This document shows, in pieces, positions 8,697 to 19,805 of a stretch of 64,000 nt of DNA. How positions within the stretch are numbered: position 1 is the stretch's first letter; each line of letters begins with the position of its first letter. The position numbers and the translations under genes were made by a program. Under the pieces are notes generated by a model. The model saw only the letters and a program-made list of their open reading frames with translations. It was not told where the DNA came from and did not search any database. The DNA is from Acidobacteriota bacterium (GTDB taxonomy: Bacteria > Acidobacteriota > UBA890 > WLXD01), in contig CBDBHB010000007.1 in NCBI GenBank assembly GCA_965205505.1, forward strand, positions 480,001 to 544,000, written 5' to 3'.

Positions 8697-9962
8697 TTGG
8701 GCTTGATCGATGACACTCGTTTCCAGAAGGCGACCGCTCGATGGCACACAGACACAGAGCGCAATTCGGCCGAGCACTTGTATCGACGATTCCGGTCTTC
8801 AAGTGTTCCCCGGTGGCGCACATTTTACCCGAATTTGGATAAGGCAAACAGCGAACAACGGCGGTTCTACGAGGATTGGGTCAAGCAGGTCGAGAGAGGG
8901 GACTTCATCGATTTGGAAGGTCAAGTGTCCTACGCATATGCGTACCTCTACAGCGCGATCGATCGCTTCCTACGGAGGAAGAACCTTAAGGCGTTCCTGC
9001 GCGCCGTTCGGTTGATCGACGAGGGCTACGGATCCGATCCAGGTCTCTCCCAGTACTTGGCGAGATGGGCCGCGGATGCGTGCGTAGTCGTTGGTGATGC
9101 CGAACGAGCTTGGGCGTTTCGATGGCAGGACGTACTCAGAGGTCGCTGGCTTGCATGCGGTGCTGGGGAACGACTCCCGGAGCGCGTTGATGGTCCCATG
9201 CTCTTGGGGATCCTCGGTTCCGAGAGAGGACTCACGGAGGTCGGTAAGGAACACGTGGATCAGGTGAACCACAAGGCGACTAGCGTCCTCGATCAGTTCG
9301 CGCGTCAATTTGGCGACGACCTTCTTGGCTACTTCGTCCAGGGCTTCGGTCCTGACGCCGCCGAGATCCCAACTGAAGAGATCCATGCGAACGCCCGCGC
9401 GATAGGCATTGACGTGGATCTCGGGGCCCCGCAGGAGTTTGAATCCCGCGATCCGGATTCCCCGACCCTGCTCTTCAATGGCTATCCGGGCGTTAACAAG
9501 CCCTCCGCAACGGTGGCAGCTGCCGGGTGGCCCTCAGCGCCCATCGTGAACACCTTCCTGAACGTCGCGAAGGGAATCGTTCGCGAGGCAGAGAACCAAG
9601 TACGCGAGGATCTTGAATTACCGCGCGTTGGAGAGGGCTGGATAGGCGAAACGCAGCTCTTCAACCGAATCCGCGCAGAGTTCCCAGAAGAACGTGTAAT
9701 CGCTCACGGACGGCCGGGGTGGCTTGCTCCGCAACACCTCGATGTCTACCTACCTGATCGGAACATTGCCCTGGAGTATCAGGGGCTCCAGCACTATGAG
9801 CCCGTGGACTTCTTTGGGGGCGAGGCTCAGCATCGGCGGCAGCTCGAACTGGACGAGAGGAAGCGAGGCCTCTGTCAGGCCAACGACTGCGTTCTTCTTT
9901 GCCTACGGGACGGTTACGATATCTCTGAAGTCGTCGAACGCATCCGCGGCCGGATTCCTTAG
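8697..9962 (+). CDS. TerB-N-like domain fused to a C-terminal PD-(D/E)XK-type nuclease domain
   Basis: EQRRFYEDW..SYAYAYLY resembles TerB_N; QHLDVYLPDRNIALEYQGLQHYEPVDFFGG resembles a restriction-like nuclease core. Confidence 0.65.
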   Translation: MGLIDDTRFQKATARWHTDTERNSAEHLYRRFRSSSVPRWRTFYPNLDKANSEQRRFYEDWVKQVERGDFIDLEGQVSYAYAYLYSAIDRFLRRKNLKAFLRAVRLIDEGYGSDPGLSQYLARWAADACVVVGDAERAWAFRWQDVLRGRWLACGAGERLPERVDGPMLLGILGSERGLTEVGKEHVDQVNHKATSVLDQFARQFGDDLLGYFVQGFGPDAAEIPTEEIHANARAIGIDVDLGAPQEFESRDPDSPTLLFNGYPGVNKPSATVAAAGWPSAPIVNTFLNVAKGIVREAENQVREDLELPRVGEGWIGETQLFNRIRAEFPEERVIAHGRPGWLAPQHLDVYLPDRNIALEYQGLQHYEPVDFFGGEAQHRRQLELDERKRGLCQANDCVLLCLRDGYDISEVVERIRGRIP

Positions 9963-10057
9963 TAACTTCGACTCCCGCCGGGACCGCGTGAAGCACCGAC
10001 GTGCCGCTGTGGCCGCACACTGCGAGAATGCCTCATCCACCCGTATGGTTGCCTTGG

Positions 10058-10825
10058 TCAGGTTCCTCGCACGGGCGCCATACCACCTCCACCCTCGACC
10101 AAATCCACCACGTCCACATCCAATCCCTGGCGATGAACCTCGAATCCGGGAGACTGCCGGAGATCATGGGCGCGCAGGCTCACGTCGAACGGGAAGAACG
10201 CCGGGTGCCTCACGGCTTGTTCCACTGGCAGCGCATTGCCCTCGTGGATGAGAAGGCCTTCGAGAAGAAGTTTCGCGAGGCGGCCGTTCGCGGCCGTTCG
10301 CCTGGCTGTCTCGACATGGACCCCCATGCGGGTGGTGGCGACCAGCACTCCCCACTGGACCATTGACTGAACCACGCACTGCGTGGCGCGTTCCACGGTC
10401 CCCCGCTCACCCCAGCTCTCCTGCATTCGCCGGGTGATCTGAGGAGTCGCGAAGTTACCCTGAAGAGAGAGCAGGCGACCCGCATTGCTCGCGAGATCGC
10501 CGAAGAATGGATACCCCGCCAGTAGCATCGACCAGTGCACCGTCAAGCGCTCGCGCGGGGAAAGAGTCGGGAGAGTCTGGACGGCACGATCTCGAAAGCC
10601 CGCGATCTCCGTAGGTACTGTCACCCATATGCGGGCGAGGACGCCCACGGTGGCGTGGCACGCCGATCCCCGCCTTGTTCCTCCGGTCAGCTGTCCGTCG
10701 AGGAGATCGAAAAGCGTCGCCCGGATAGAGTCGAGACCTGCTCCAGCCGCCACCTGCGCGGCGACGGCATCGAGCCACCCGATATCTAGCCGACGGCCGA
10801 GTCCGATGCCGGCGCGGCTGGTCAC
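10058..10825 (-). CDS. brxA: BREX type 3 BrxA-like protein
   Basis: GTG overlaps the pglZ stop; HWSMLLAGYPFF, WGER, QSMVQWGVL; last position in the BREX-3 gene order. Confidence 0.75.
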   Translation of the reverse strand: MTSRAGIGLGRRLDIGWLDAVAAQVAAGAGLDSIRATLFDLLDGQLTGGTRRGSACHATVGVLARIWVTVPTEIAGFRDRAVQTLPTLSPRERLTVHWSMLLAGYPFFGDLASNAGRLLSLQGNFATPQITRRMQESWGERGTVERATQCVVQSMVQWGVLVATTRMGVHVETARRTAANGRLAKLLLEGLLIHEGNALPVEQAVRHPAFFPFDVSLRAHDLRQSPGFEVHRQGLDVDVVDLVEGGGGMAPVRGT

Positions 10826-12921
10826 CTGTCCCCTCCGCGTATCTTCACGAAAGGCACGATGACCTCTTCCATGGCAATGCCACCGTGGCCGACGGTGTGC
10901 TGCCCTTGGGGCACGAAGGCTCCTCGTCCCGGAGCCAGTAGCGCCCGCCACGTCTCTGGTAGGCCGATCTGCGGCCACACGATGGCGTTCGGGTAGTCTC
11001 TGGCGACTCCGGCACGGGTGTTCTCGTCGTTGAAGACGTGGGCACGCTCGCCGCGTTCATCGGCGACCACGCCGACCTTCGGCTTGCCGATCCCGCGCCC
11101 GTGGATGTTGCCGTGGTCCGCTGTCATGGCGAGCTCGTAGCCCTGGTCGAGCAACCGGCCGAGGAGCCGGCCCATAGTCCCCGAGCGGGCCCACTGCCGC
11201 ACCATGGCGTGCAGCCCACCGCTACCGGTCTTGATGCCGTGCATGGACTGGTCGACCTTGCCGACCACGACCCCTAGCATTCTCATCTTGGGGTGGTCGG
11301 CCAACTTGAAGACCTGCTCGAGGAAGTCGTCGTCCGCCTGGTCCTTGCCCTCGCGGACGTAGCCGATCTCCGCTCGCTTGGCGCCGCGCTCCTCCCAAAA
11401 GCGCGTCCAGTGAGTCTTCTCCTTTGAGGTATTGCCGAGGCTGCTGGCGAAAAAGAGCGGCTCGGTGCCGGCAAAGATGGCCTGCCGCGACACTCCCGTG
11501 AGCGTCGGCACCCAGGCGAAAGAGCCGTCCTGCGCTACCTGCACATCTGCGTCGAGTTGAGCCAGGACGATGTCGCGCAACACGACCCACTGGTCGAATG
11601 CCAGGCCGTCCATCACTATGAGCGCGTGTTTGGTCGGCGGTCCGGTGCCTGCCGTTCGAGCCCCGGTCACCGTGAACGCTTGGGCCATATGCAGGGGGAT
11701 GTGGTGCACCATGGCTGGACGAGCGTAGGGCGAGAGATTGTGTAGCGATGCGTAGTTGCGCACCATCCAGTCTGCGAAGTTCGCCTCAATGCGGTCATGC
11801 AGTCGCTCGCAGTCGTCGGTCGCCACATCCGCTCCCGCATCGACGAGCTCCCAGCGAAGCGCCGACCACTCGGCCCATGTCTGCGCGAAGTCCACCCAGC
11901 CTCGGTGGCTGGCATCCTCGACGGGAAACTCGGTCTGAAGGCGGGCTAGAAGCCGCTCGAAGCGCACCGCTCGATCGTCGCCATCACCGCCCGCCACACC
12001 CACGCGCATCCATGCCTCGGGCACCTGGTCGGCGGTGTAGTCGTCCACCGGCTTGAGCTGCCCCTCCTGAAAGAGGTTGTCGATGTAGATCTTCACGTCG
12101 TCGTGCCCGAAGGGCAGCTCGGTGGGGCCGGAGAAATGAAGGCCATAGGCCTCGGTGGGCTCCGCGACCGCGTAGCCTTTGGCCTCGACAGCACGCTTGA
12201 CGAAATGCGGCCAACGCTCACTGAGGAAAGCCAGAAAGGCGGCGCGATTCGGTACGATCTCCATCAGCGGCCAGTCCATCCAAAGCCCACCTTTGTTCAG
12301 CACGTAGATGAAGCGTTCGTCCAGGCCGGGAGGAAACGAGATGCCGCGGTAATGCCGCCGCAGTAAGACCCGCATCAGGTTGGCTGGAGTCTTAATGAGC
12401 TCCGGGGCGATCTCGAAGACGTGGCGAAGCACGAAATCCTTGGTGGCGTCCACGCCGAGGCGCTCAGAATCGTCCTGTGCCTGGGCGGCGTAGAGCGTGT
12501 CGAAGCAGTCCCGCGTCAGAGCCAGCACGACATTGGGCACCAGTTTCGGGAAGAGCTGACCCACGGAAAAAGACAAACACCGCTCCTGGTACCTGGCCTG
12601 CTCCAGCAGATCGTAGGGCAATGCGTCGAGGTCGCCTGAGGCGCTTCGCAGCACTACCACCAGGGTGGTCTTCTCCCCCCGGTCCCAGATCTGCCGATAA
12701 CGGCTCTCATAGGCGAAGCGGAAGGCCACGTGGTCTTCGAACGGCACCAAGTCGAAACCTCGTTCCCGCAGTTCGGTGAGGATCTCCTGCTCGGCCAGCA
12801 GGTAGTCGGGGTCAGCGACGATGGTCAGCCGCGTAGCTTCGGCGATCTCGGGCGTAAAGTGCTTGAGGATAGGCGCGCGCCACCCGAGCGTACGCTTGAG
12901 TGTTCCCGCCGCAGCACTCAT
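10822..12921 (-). CDS. pglZ: BREX-3 phosphatase PglZ
   Basis: VADPDYLL, IVMDGLAFDQW, AWVPTLTGVSRQAIF, TADHGN, HGGIAMEEVIVPF. Confidence 0.95.
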   Translation of the reverse strand: MSAAAGTLKRTLGWRAPILKHFTPEIAEATRLTIVADPDYLLAEQEILTELRERGFDLVPFEDHVAFRFAYESRYRQIWDRGEKTTLVVVLRSASGDLDALPYDLLEQARYQERCLSFSVGQLFPKLVPNVVLALTRDCFDTLYAAQAQDDSERLGVDATKDFVLRHVFEIAPELIKTPANLMRVLLRRHYRGISFPPGLDERFIYVLNKGGLWMDWPLMEIVPNRAAFLAFLSERWPHFVKRAVEAKGYAVAEPTEAYGLHFSGPTELPFGHDDVKIYIDNLFQEGQLKPVDDYTADQVPEAWMRVGVAGGDGDDRAVRFERLLARLQTEFPVEDASHRGWVDFAQTWAEWSALRWELVDAGADVATDDCERLHDRIEANFADWMVRNYASLHNLSPYARPAMVHHIPLHMAQAFTVTGARTAGTGPPTKHALIVMDGLAFDQWVVLRDIVLAQLDADVQVAQDGSFAWVPTLTGVSRQAIFAGTEPLFFASSLGNTSKEKTHWTRFWEERGAKRAEIGYVREGKDQADDDFLEQVFKLADHPKMRMLGVVVGKVDQSMHGIKTGSGGLHAMVRQWARSGTMGRLLGRLLDQGYELAMTADHGNIHGRGIGKPKVGVVADERGERAHVFNDENTRAGVARDYPNAIVWPQIGLPETWRALLAPGRGAFVPQGQHTVGHGGIAMEEVIVPFVKIRGGDR

Positions 12922-15746
12922 GCAGCATCGTCTTTGCGATCCACCCTGAGCATGATGAGTGCTGTCAGCTCGGGCAGGGCTGAGTCTTGCTCGGCGATAC
13001 GATCTCGCCACTGGACCTCTTCTCGTTCCAATTCACGCAGCCGGTGGTCTCGTCCTGGGGCAGACCGATGCGCTCGACGGCCTTGCGTCTCGCGGCGAAG
13101 GCTCGGCGCCCCTTCTGGCGTTGCTGGGTCTGGCGCTCCCGGTGGGCGTCCGTCAGCTCGGAAAACACCGCGCGACCGTGACGTTCGGCCTCAACTAGCG
13201 CCTGATCGTAGGCAGCCACGGCGTCATCGCCGGTGACAGCCGCGATTTGAAACCCCTCCGCTGGGTCGCCGAGGTCGACAAGCCGGTCCCACACAGCCCG
13301 TGCGGTCGGCGCGAGAGCACGCCCGTCGTCGCTGATGAAGAGGGGCATCACCCGCTGGGACTGTCCGTCCTGGGTGCGCAGCGCAATCCGCCAGAGCGAC
13401 CACGTCCCGCCGACCTTGTCGGAGATCCCCTCGAGGATCACCGCTCCGAGAGGCTGGCCTGGCGCAAACTGCGCCAACCGCGTCATCAGGCTGCGGACGC
13501 GTGGGTGCTCGAGGGAGAGCAGCGTGGTGCCTGCCTGCTCCGCCTCATGGCGTGAGAACATGGCCCTTCGTTGGGTATCACCGTCGGGCCATTGGAGCCG
13601 GTTGCCCACGTCGTCAGCTTCGGCGTGTCCGCCCGGAGACTCCTCCATCCTCAGATAGGACAGCGTCATGCGCTCCGTCCAATAGGGCAGCTGGTGATGG
13701 GCGATCTTTTGCGCTGCGCTCGGGTCCAAGGGGCTGGTGCTTCCGAGCACCTTGGAGCCCTCCTTTGATGCCGCCGCACGCTCGCGCACGCGCCCGGCCA
13801 GCTCCTGTGCCCGTGCCTCGGCGTCCTCTGGCGTGATCAGGGCGCCTACATAGAGACCCTCGAAGTCCACGCCTCCTTCCTCGGAGTCGAGCACGTCAGC
13901 CAGCTTGTCGACGCCGAACTCCTCGAGGATCCGCTCGAGCTTCTCCTCCAGCACCTCGCGCACCCGGAGCTCCACGGTGTCCTCCAGCGCGAAGTTCTGG
14001 GCCCGCACGACGTGGGATTGGCCGATGCGGTCGACGCGCCCGATGCGCTGTTCGATCTTCATCGGATTCCAGGGCAGGTCGTAGTTGAAGACCACGTGGC
14101 AGAACTGCAGGTTGAGCCCTTCGCCCCCCGCGTCGGTGGAGACGAGCACCTGCGCCTCGTCCGAGAAGGCCCGCTGCACCTCGTGGCGCTCATCGAGGTT
14201 GAGCGAGCCGTTCAGGCAGACCACCGGGAAGCCCCTGTTGCCCAAGAACTCCGCGAGCATCGACTGCGTCGGCACGAACTCCGTAAAGACCAGCACCTTG
14301 AGCTTGGGGTCGTTTTCCTCGCGCTGCAGCTCGTGGATCCAGTCCATCAGCGCTTGCGCCTTGATGTCGGGGCCCTTGGCCTCGCAGCGCCGTGCGGCCG
14401 AGAGCAGGAGCTCTACCTCGGCTCGCTCGTTCTTGAGCCCTTTCATACGGCTACCGAGCATCGACTCCATCTGCTCCTGGGAGTCGAGGCTGGCCCATTG
14501 TTCTCCCACGTCTTCGCCGAAGAAGCTGCGCTGACCTTGGGGGAGTTCCAGCACCTCGAGTCGGCGCTCTAGCGAGGTGCGAATGGCGCGCACGCTCGAG
14601 GTGACCAGGCGCTGAAACAGGATCATCAAGAACCCAATGGCTGTGTTCTTCTCGCGCCGGGCCTGGTTGTAGCCGTCTCGCACATAGTCAGTGACCGCGT
14701 CGTAGAGCACCCTCTGGTCTTGGTGGGTGTCGGTCCACGGCACGGATACGAGTTGTGTGCGGCGGAGCTTGAAGAGCGGGTTGCCGTCGGCGTCGATGGC
14801 GTTGCGCTTCTCGGTGCGGATCACGTAGGGCGCGACGTTGTCCTGGTTGATCGTGTCATCGTCGGGGAAGGCTTCGTTGTCGAGGAAGCTCAACAGGCGC
14901 CGGAAGGCATCGGTCTTTCCCTGGTGGGGCGTCGCCGAGAGCAGCAAGTAGGTAGGGCGCGGCCTGGGACAGCGCCTCTCCCAGCTGGTAGCGGGCTACC
15001 TGCCCGGTGCTGCCGCCCAGGCGGTGGGCCTCGTCAAGGATGATGAGGTCCCAGCCGGCCGTGACCAGGTCTTCAAAGCGCTCGCGGTTGTAGCGGGCGA
15101 CCTGCTCGCCGCTCCAGCCGCGCCGGGAATCCATGGGTTTGACCGAGTCGAGCGGGCAGACAACCTGGTTGTGCAGGCGCCAGAGGTTCTCACCGTCGTC
15201 CACGGCGGCGATCTTGCGCCAGGTGGAGAACTCACCGGGGATGACCAGACAGAAGTCCTCATTGAAGTGGGTGCGCATCTCGCTGACCCATTGGGTGACG
15301 ATCCCGGTGGGCGCGACCACGAGGACTCGCTTGATCAAGCCGCGGATCTTGAGTTCTCGCAGGACCAGGCCCGCCTCGATCGTCTTGCCCAGGCCTACTT
15401 CGTCGGCCAACAGGTAGCGCACGCGGTCGCCGAACATCGCGCGGGAGAGGGCATGGATCTGGTGCGGCAGCGGGATGACGGTGCCTTCGAGTGGGGCCAC
15501 CAGGGCGTCGCGCTGCAGCGCATCCTCGATGCGGGCCGCGGCGGTCACATAGGCGATACGTTCTGCCGAGACGGCAGCACGGCCCGAGAACGAGACCAGA
15601 GCTTCTTCGGCGAGCCTGACGGTCGCATCGCATCCGGGAAGCCAGGCCAACACCGTGCCTCGACCCCATAGACGGCGGACCTCGACCAGTCGGCAGGGCT
15701 CGTCGTGTTCAACGCTCCAGGCCCAATCTCCTGCCGCCCACGCCAT
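12918..15746 (-). CDS. brxHII: BREX-3 SNF2-type helicase BrxHII (frameshifts near 14950 and 13050)
   Basis: LLADEVGLGKT, DEAH, LLSATP, STDAGGEGLNLQ, WNPMKIEQRIGRVDRIGQ; the restored C-terminus overlaps the pglZ ATG. Confidence 0.9.
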
Positions 15747-18059
15747 ACGGCTCCTCCCTCAATCGCCCAGGCGCATCGTGGCGACGTCGTAGTACATGAG
15801 GAGCTTCGCATCCTCCTGGATGACCTTCTCCGGGAGTTTGGCCGCCACGTCAACGATGGTCTGGTAGTCCTGCTCGTCGTAGCAGTGCTTGAATCCGGCG
15901 CGGACCGCCTCGGTGCGGAACTGCTTGATCTTGCGCTGGGTGCTGGTGCGGTACTCCTCGAATTCCTTGAGTAGGGTGCGCGTGCGGAGTTTCTCGAGGT
16001 CGCCTTCCTTCTTGGGGTCCGGCACGTACCAGCGGTCGACCGCCTTGTCCTTGAGCCGATCGTCTTCTTTGTCGAGCTGGCGCAGATCCTTGAAGTTGGT
16101 GGACAGATAGCTGTGAACTTGGCTCGGGACCGGGCCCTTGCCCTCGTAACGGAGGAAGTTGAGTTCCAGGATCTCGGTCAACTCGATCGTCTTCTCGTGC
16201 TTGGCCCAGGATTGCAACTGCTGCATGAATTGTGGCTGCATGTCCTGGAAGGTCTGCGGCTTGTTCTGAAGCTTGCTGCCGCAGCCACTGCGTGGCGCTT
16301 GCTTCGTCGGAGACGAAGAGATCGAGTTGGCGCAATTCGCCGACCGTGGTGCGCTTGCGGTCGTACTCCGAGACCTGGTCATGCAGGAAGTACATGCCAT
16401 CTCTCCTTGGATAGCGCTCGTCGAGACCAGCAAAGAAGCCTGGGCCGCTGATGGGTACGGGAACCTGGTGGCGAACAAAGAAGGCGACCAAACGGTCATA
16501 GAGCATGTGTGGCAGGCGCTCGACAACGATTTCGGCGCCAGCGACCCTGCCGGCGAAGACAGTCAACTTGTTGAGGTGCTCGTTCACGAAGGCCCAGGGG
16601 GAATCTCCCACATGGCCGTCACCGTCTAGCGCGGCAATCAAGGCGGCCGTCGGCTTGTAAGCGGAGATGACAAGGTCTCTCCGTACTGCCGTCGGAGTAG
16701 TCACCGCCTTGAAGCTCCCTTGTTTCTTGTCAAGAACGGACGAATTCGCGACGACAAAACCAGTGTTCTCCAGCGTGTTCTGGATGGCATTCCAGACGGC
16801 TGCGCTCGTATTGGAGAACTCAACGGTCGCCCATCGCCCCGGCTTGAGAACGCGGTAAAACTCAGCGAAGCACTGTTCGAGAAGCCTTTGGTACTCGACG
16901 ACCGTCTTGGCCTGGGTCCTGTTCACGATGGCTTCGCAGGCGTTGGCCGTATGTACTTTGAGCTACGATTCCCAGATGAAGTTGAGTTCGGAGTACATGA
17001 GATTGCTGCCGAACGGCGGGTCTACGAACACATAGTCGACAGACTCTGCTGGCACGTAGTGTAAATCTGAAGAACTTCCTGTAGAGATGAAAGCCCCTGC
17101 GTGCTCTGCCAATAGCCACCGCACTTTCTCCGTCTTCTCGATGTGCTCGCCTAGCATCTTCCCCAACCGGGATCTCTTTCGACAGAGACGGCACGTAGAG
17201 AGTGCCCGAAAGCGGCCCACCGCCTGCTCCCAAGCTGCCGCCCTGTGACCTGAAGCGATACATCTTCGTGGCGATCGTAGCCACGGACGTTACGTTGACG
17301 AAGTCACGTGAATCTCCCAGTTCGTGGGCGAACTGGGCCAACAGAAGGAGATTCCGCCAGGTATAGAAGTGATGGACATGCGAGATCCCCAGGCGGTCGT
17401 TTCTCCTGGCTTCGTCTCCAGCTGGCATCCGATCGGCGGGCAGGTCGAGTTCGCCACAAAACTCCCGCGCCTTGTCGGAGAGAAGGACATCCAGGGCATC
17501 CGGAGCCTTGGTGCCGCTTCCGTAGTGAACCAGCGCGGGGACGGTTTGGGCCTGCCAAATCGGAGTGCCGAGCACCGGATCGGCCACCGTCACGCCCTTT
17601 CGGGTCAAGCCGCGCTTCTTCAAGCGCGTATCGCAATTATGGCAGTGAAACTCGTCCTGAATCTCCCAGGTGCCTTCCTGGACGGCATGTGTCCAGAACG
17701 TGACATCGGCTCCGCAGGCGTCGCACAAGAACACGTCGGACCATAGAACGTAGTTCACATCCGCGAGCTCTAAGGTCGGGTGTTCTGAAAGCCCCAAGCC
17801 ATCCCGCAGAGTGCGCGCATTTTGGAGCAAGGTGGTACACGCTTCTGCAGAGTTCGCGCGCTCCACGAGGGCGGCAGCAGCGTCCACTATCTCAGGTGAA
17901 GATGAGGTCAAGGTACGAAAGAGCCAACCCCATCTCGCCTTGGCTCGGGCAAGTGCCCTGCGTGCTCGGGACCCGTAGTCGATGTCGGCGGCCCTACTGT
18001 TGTAGTTGTAGGCAACGAAGGACGCCGCTGGAGTGACCTTGCCCCGCTTTCCCGGACAC

Positions 18060-19054
18060 TTAGTTAAGATCCATTGTCGTAGTCGTATTAGCGGCTGTGG
18101 GAGCTGTTGGCAACGCGGAGCGTTGTCCAAGCGACGGTGGAAATCGGGAGTCGATTTCCACGGGCGCGTCAGCTTCCACAGCTGATTGGCCGCTCTGGCC
18201 TGGCCGCCGCATTGCCGCCTCGAACTGAGCCGGACTCTGGTCTCCGATCGAGGTGTGCATGCGAGCCCGGTTGTAGAACACTTCGATGTAGTGGAACAAC
18301 TCGGCTCGGGCCGCCGCCCGGGAACTGAAGCAGCCACCGAGTTGGAACTTCAGGGTAGAGAAGAAACTCTCCATCGGCGCGTTATCCCAGCAGTCTCCTT
18401 TCCTGCTCATGCTGATGGTGAAGCCACGGTCACGCAGCTTGTCTAGGTAATCGTCGCTGCTGTACTGGCTGCCGCGGTCGCTGTGATGGAGCACTCCGGA
18501 ACCGGGACGGCGTTGCTCCAAGGCCTGATCCAGGACCGCCAGCGTCAAATCGTCCGTCATCGTCTCGCTCACCGCCCAGCCGATGATCCGTCGCGAGCAC
18601 AGATCCATCAGCACGGCCAGGTATAGCCATCCTTCCTGCGTCCACAGGTATGTCAGGTCGCCCACCCAGACGCTGTCCACGGCATCCACCGTGAAGCGCC
18701 GTGCCAGCACGTTGGGCGCCGCTGACCGGCCAGGTGTGGGCCGTGTTGTCACCTGGAACCGACGGGGTTGGCGAGCTCGAAGTCCTTCCTGGCGCATCAG
18801 CCGAGCTACCCGCTTGCGAGAGCAGCGGATCCCTCGTTGCCGAAGTTGCTTGTGGATGCGCGGACTTCCGTAACGGTCGCGGCTCTCTCGGAATGCAGCT
18901 CTGATCTGCACACGTAGACGGCGATCTTCTCGCGCTCTCGGGCTCGGCCCCCTTCCTCGCCACTCGTAGTAACCGCCGTGAGACACCTCGAGCATCTTGC
19001 ACAACCGCCGCACCGGGAACTTGCCGGACAGTTGCTTGATGATCGGGTACTTCA
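18060..19054 (-). CDS. IS3 OrfB DDE transposase
   Basis: YGSPRI, WVGDLTY, HHSDRGSQY, GDCWDNAPMESFF, YNRARMH. Confidence 0.93.
18094..18182. repeat. Branched palindromic element inside the IS
   Basis: Outer stem GCTGTGGGAGCTG/CAGCTTCCACAGC encloses hairpins CAACGC-GGA-GCGTTG and GTGGAAATCG-GGAGT-CGATTTCCAC. Confidence 0.75.
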
Positions 19055-19805
19055 TCGCGGGCGTTCCGAGAAGATCGCCAACGCTTTTTTTAGAATGTCG
19101 CGCTCCTGCCGTACTCGCCGCAGGTACCGCCGTCGTGACCCCATGCTTCACCTCCGAGCCCATTATCGGGCTTCCAAAGGTGTCCGGGAAATCGGGGGAG
19201 GCCCAGAGATAGCTCAGAAAGCAGTGCACGGCGCGCACCGAGCTCGGACACATGAGCTCCGGTATCGTCAGAGATCGATCCGTTGCTAGCCACCGCATAG
19301 CCGAGCGCTTCTACCTCCCGCCGGTCTGCGCACAGAGATGCGGCCACGCCCGTCATTCCGGTGCCCGCAAAACCGTCCAGTATCACTGCGTTGGGTTCCG
19401 TGTAGTGGAGGATGTAGCGCATCAGCGCGCGATGCGGCACCTTCGTGTGGTACGAGTGGGCTCGATAGATTGAGTGGTTCTTTCCTTCCGATACGTCCGC
19501 CGCAAACGGCGCACGGACCCAATCTCGATCGACGGCATTGTCCGCGCGGACTTCCGAACTAATCTCTCCGAGCCACGGGTTCGGACACGCAGTGAAGTAA
19601 GGCGGGTCGGACAGTCGCAGGATGTCCTCGTTTGTGCCGATCGGGAAGCCCGGTGTCTCGCGAAACTCGGGGTCCTTCAGCTTCTCGGCTAAGAGTCCCT
19701 GGAAGTGCTCCCGCCGCGCCTCATCGCTCTCGAAGGTTTGGCCGAGGCACTCGACCGGGCCCGTTTCCTTCTTCGCCGCCGGGAAATCGAGATCGCTTTG
19801 ATCGT

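Larger units (their letters stand above)
18034..19205 (-). mobile_element. IS3-family element, 1172 bp, OrfA internally deleted
   Basis: TG..CA ends, 26-bp IRs matching at 21/26, GAG target duplication (18031-33 and 19206-08); removing it restores LSELSPAASFVAYNYN in pglXI. Confidence 0.95.
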
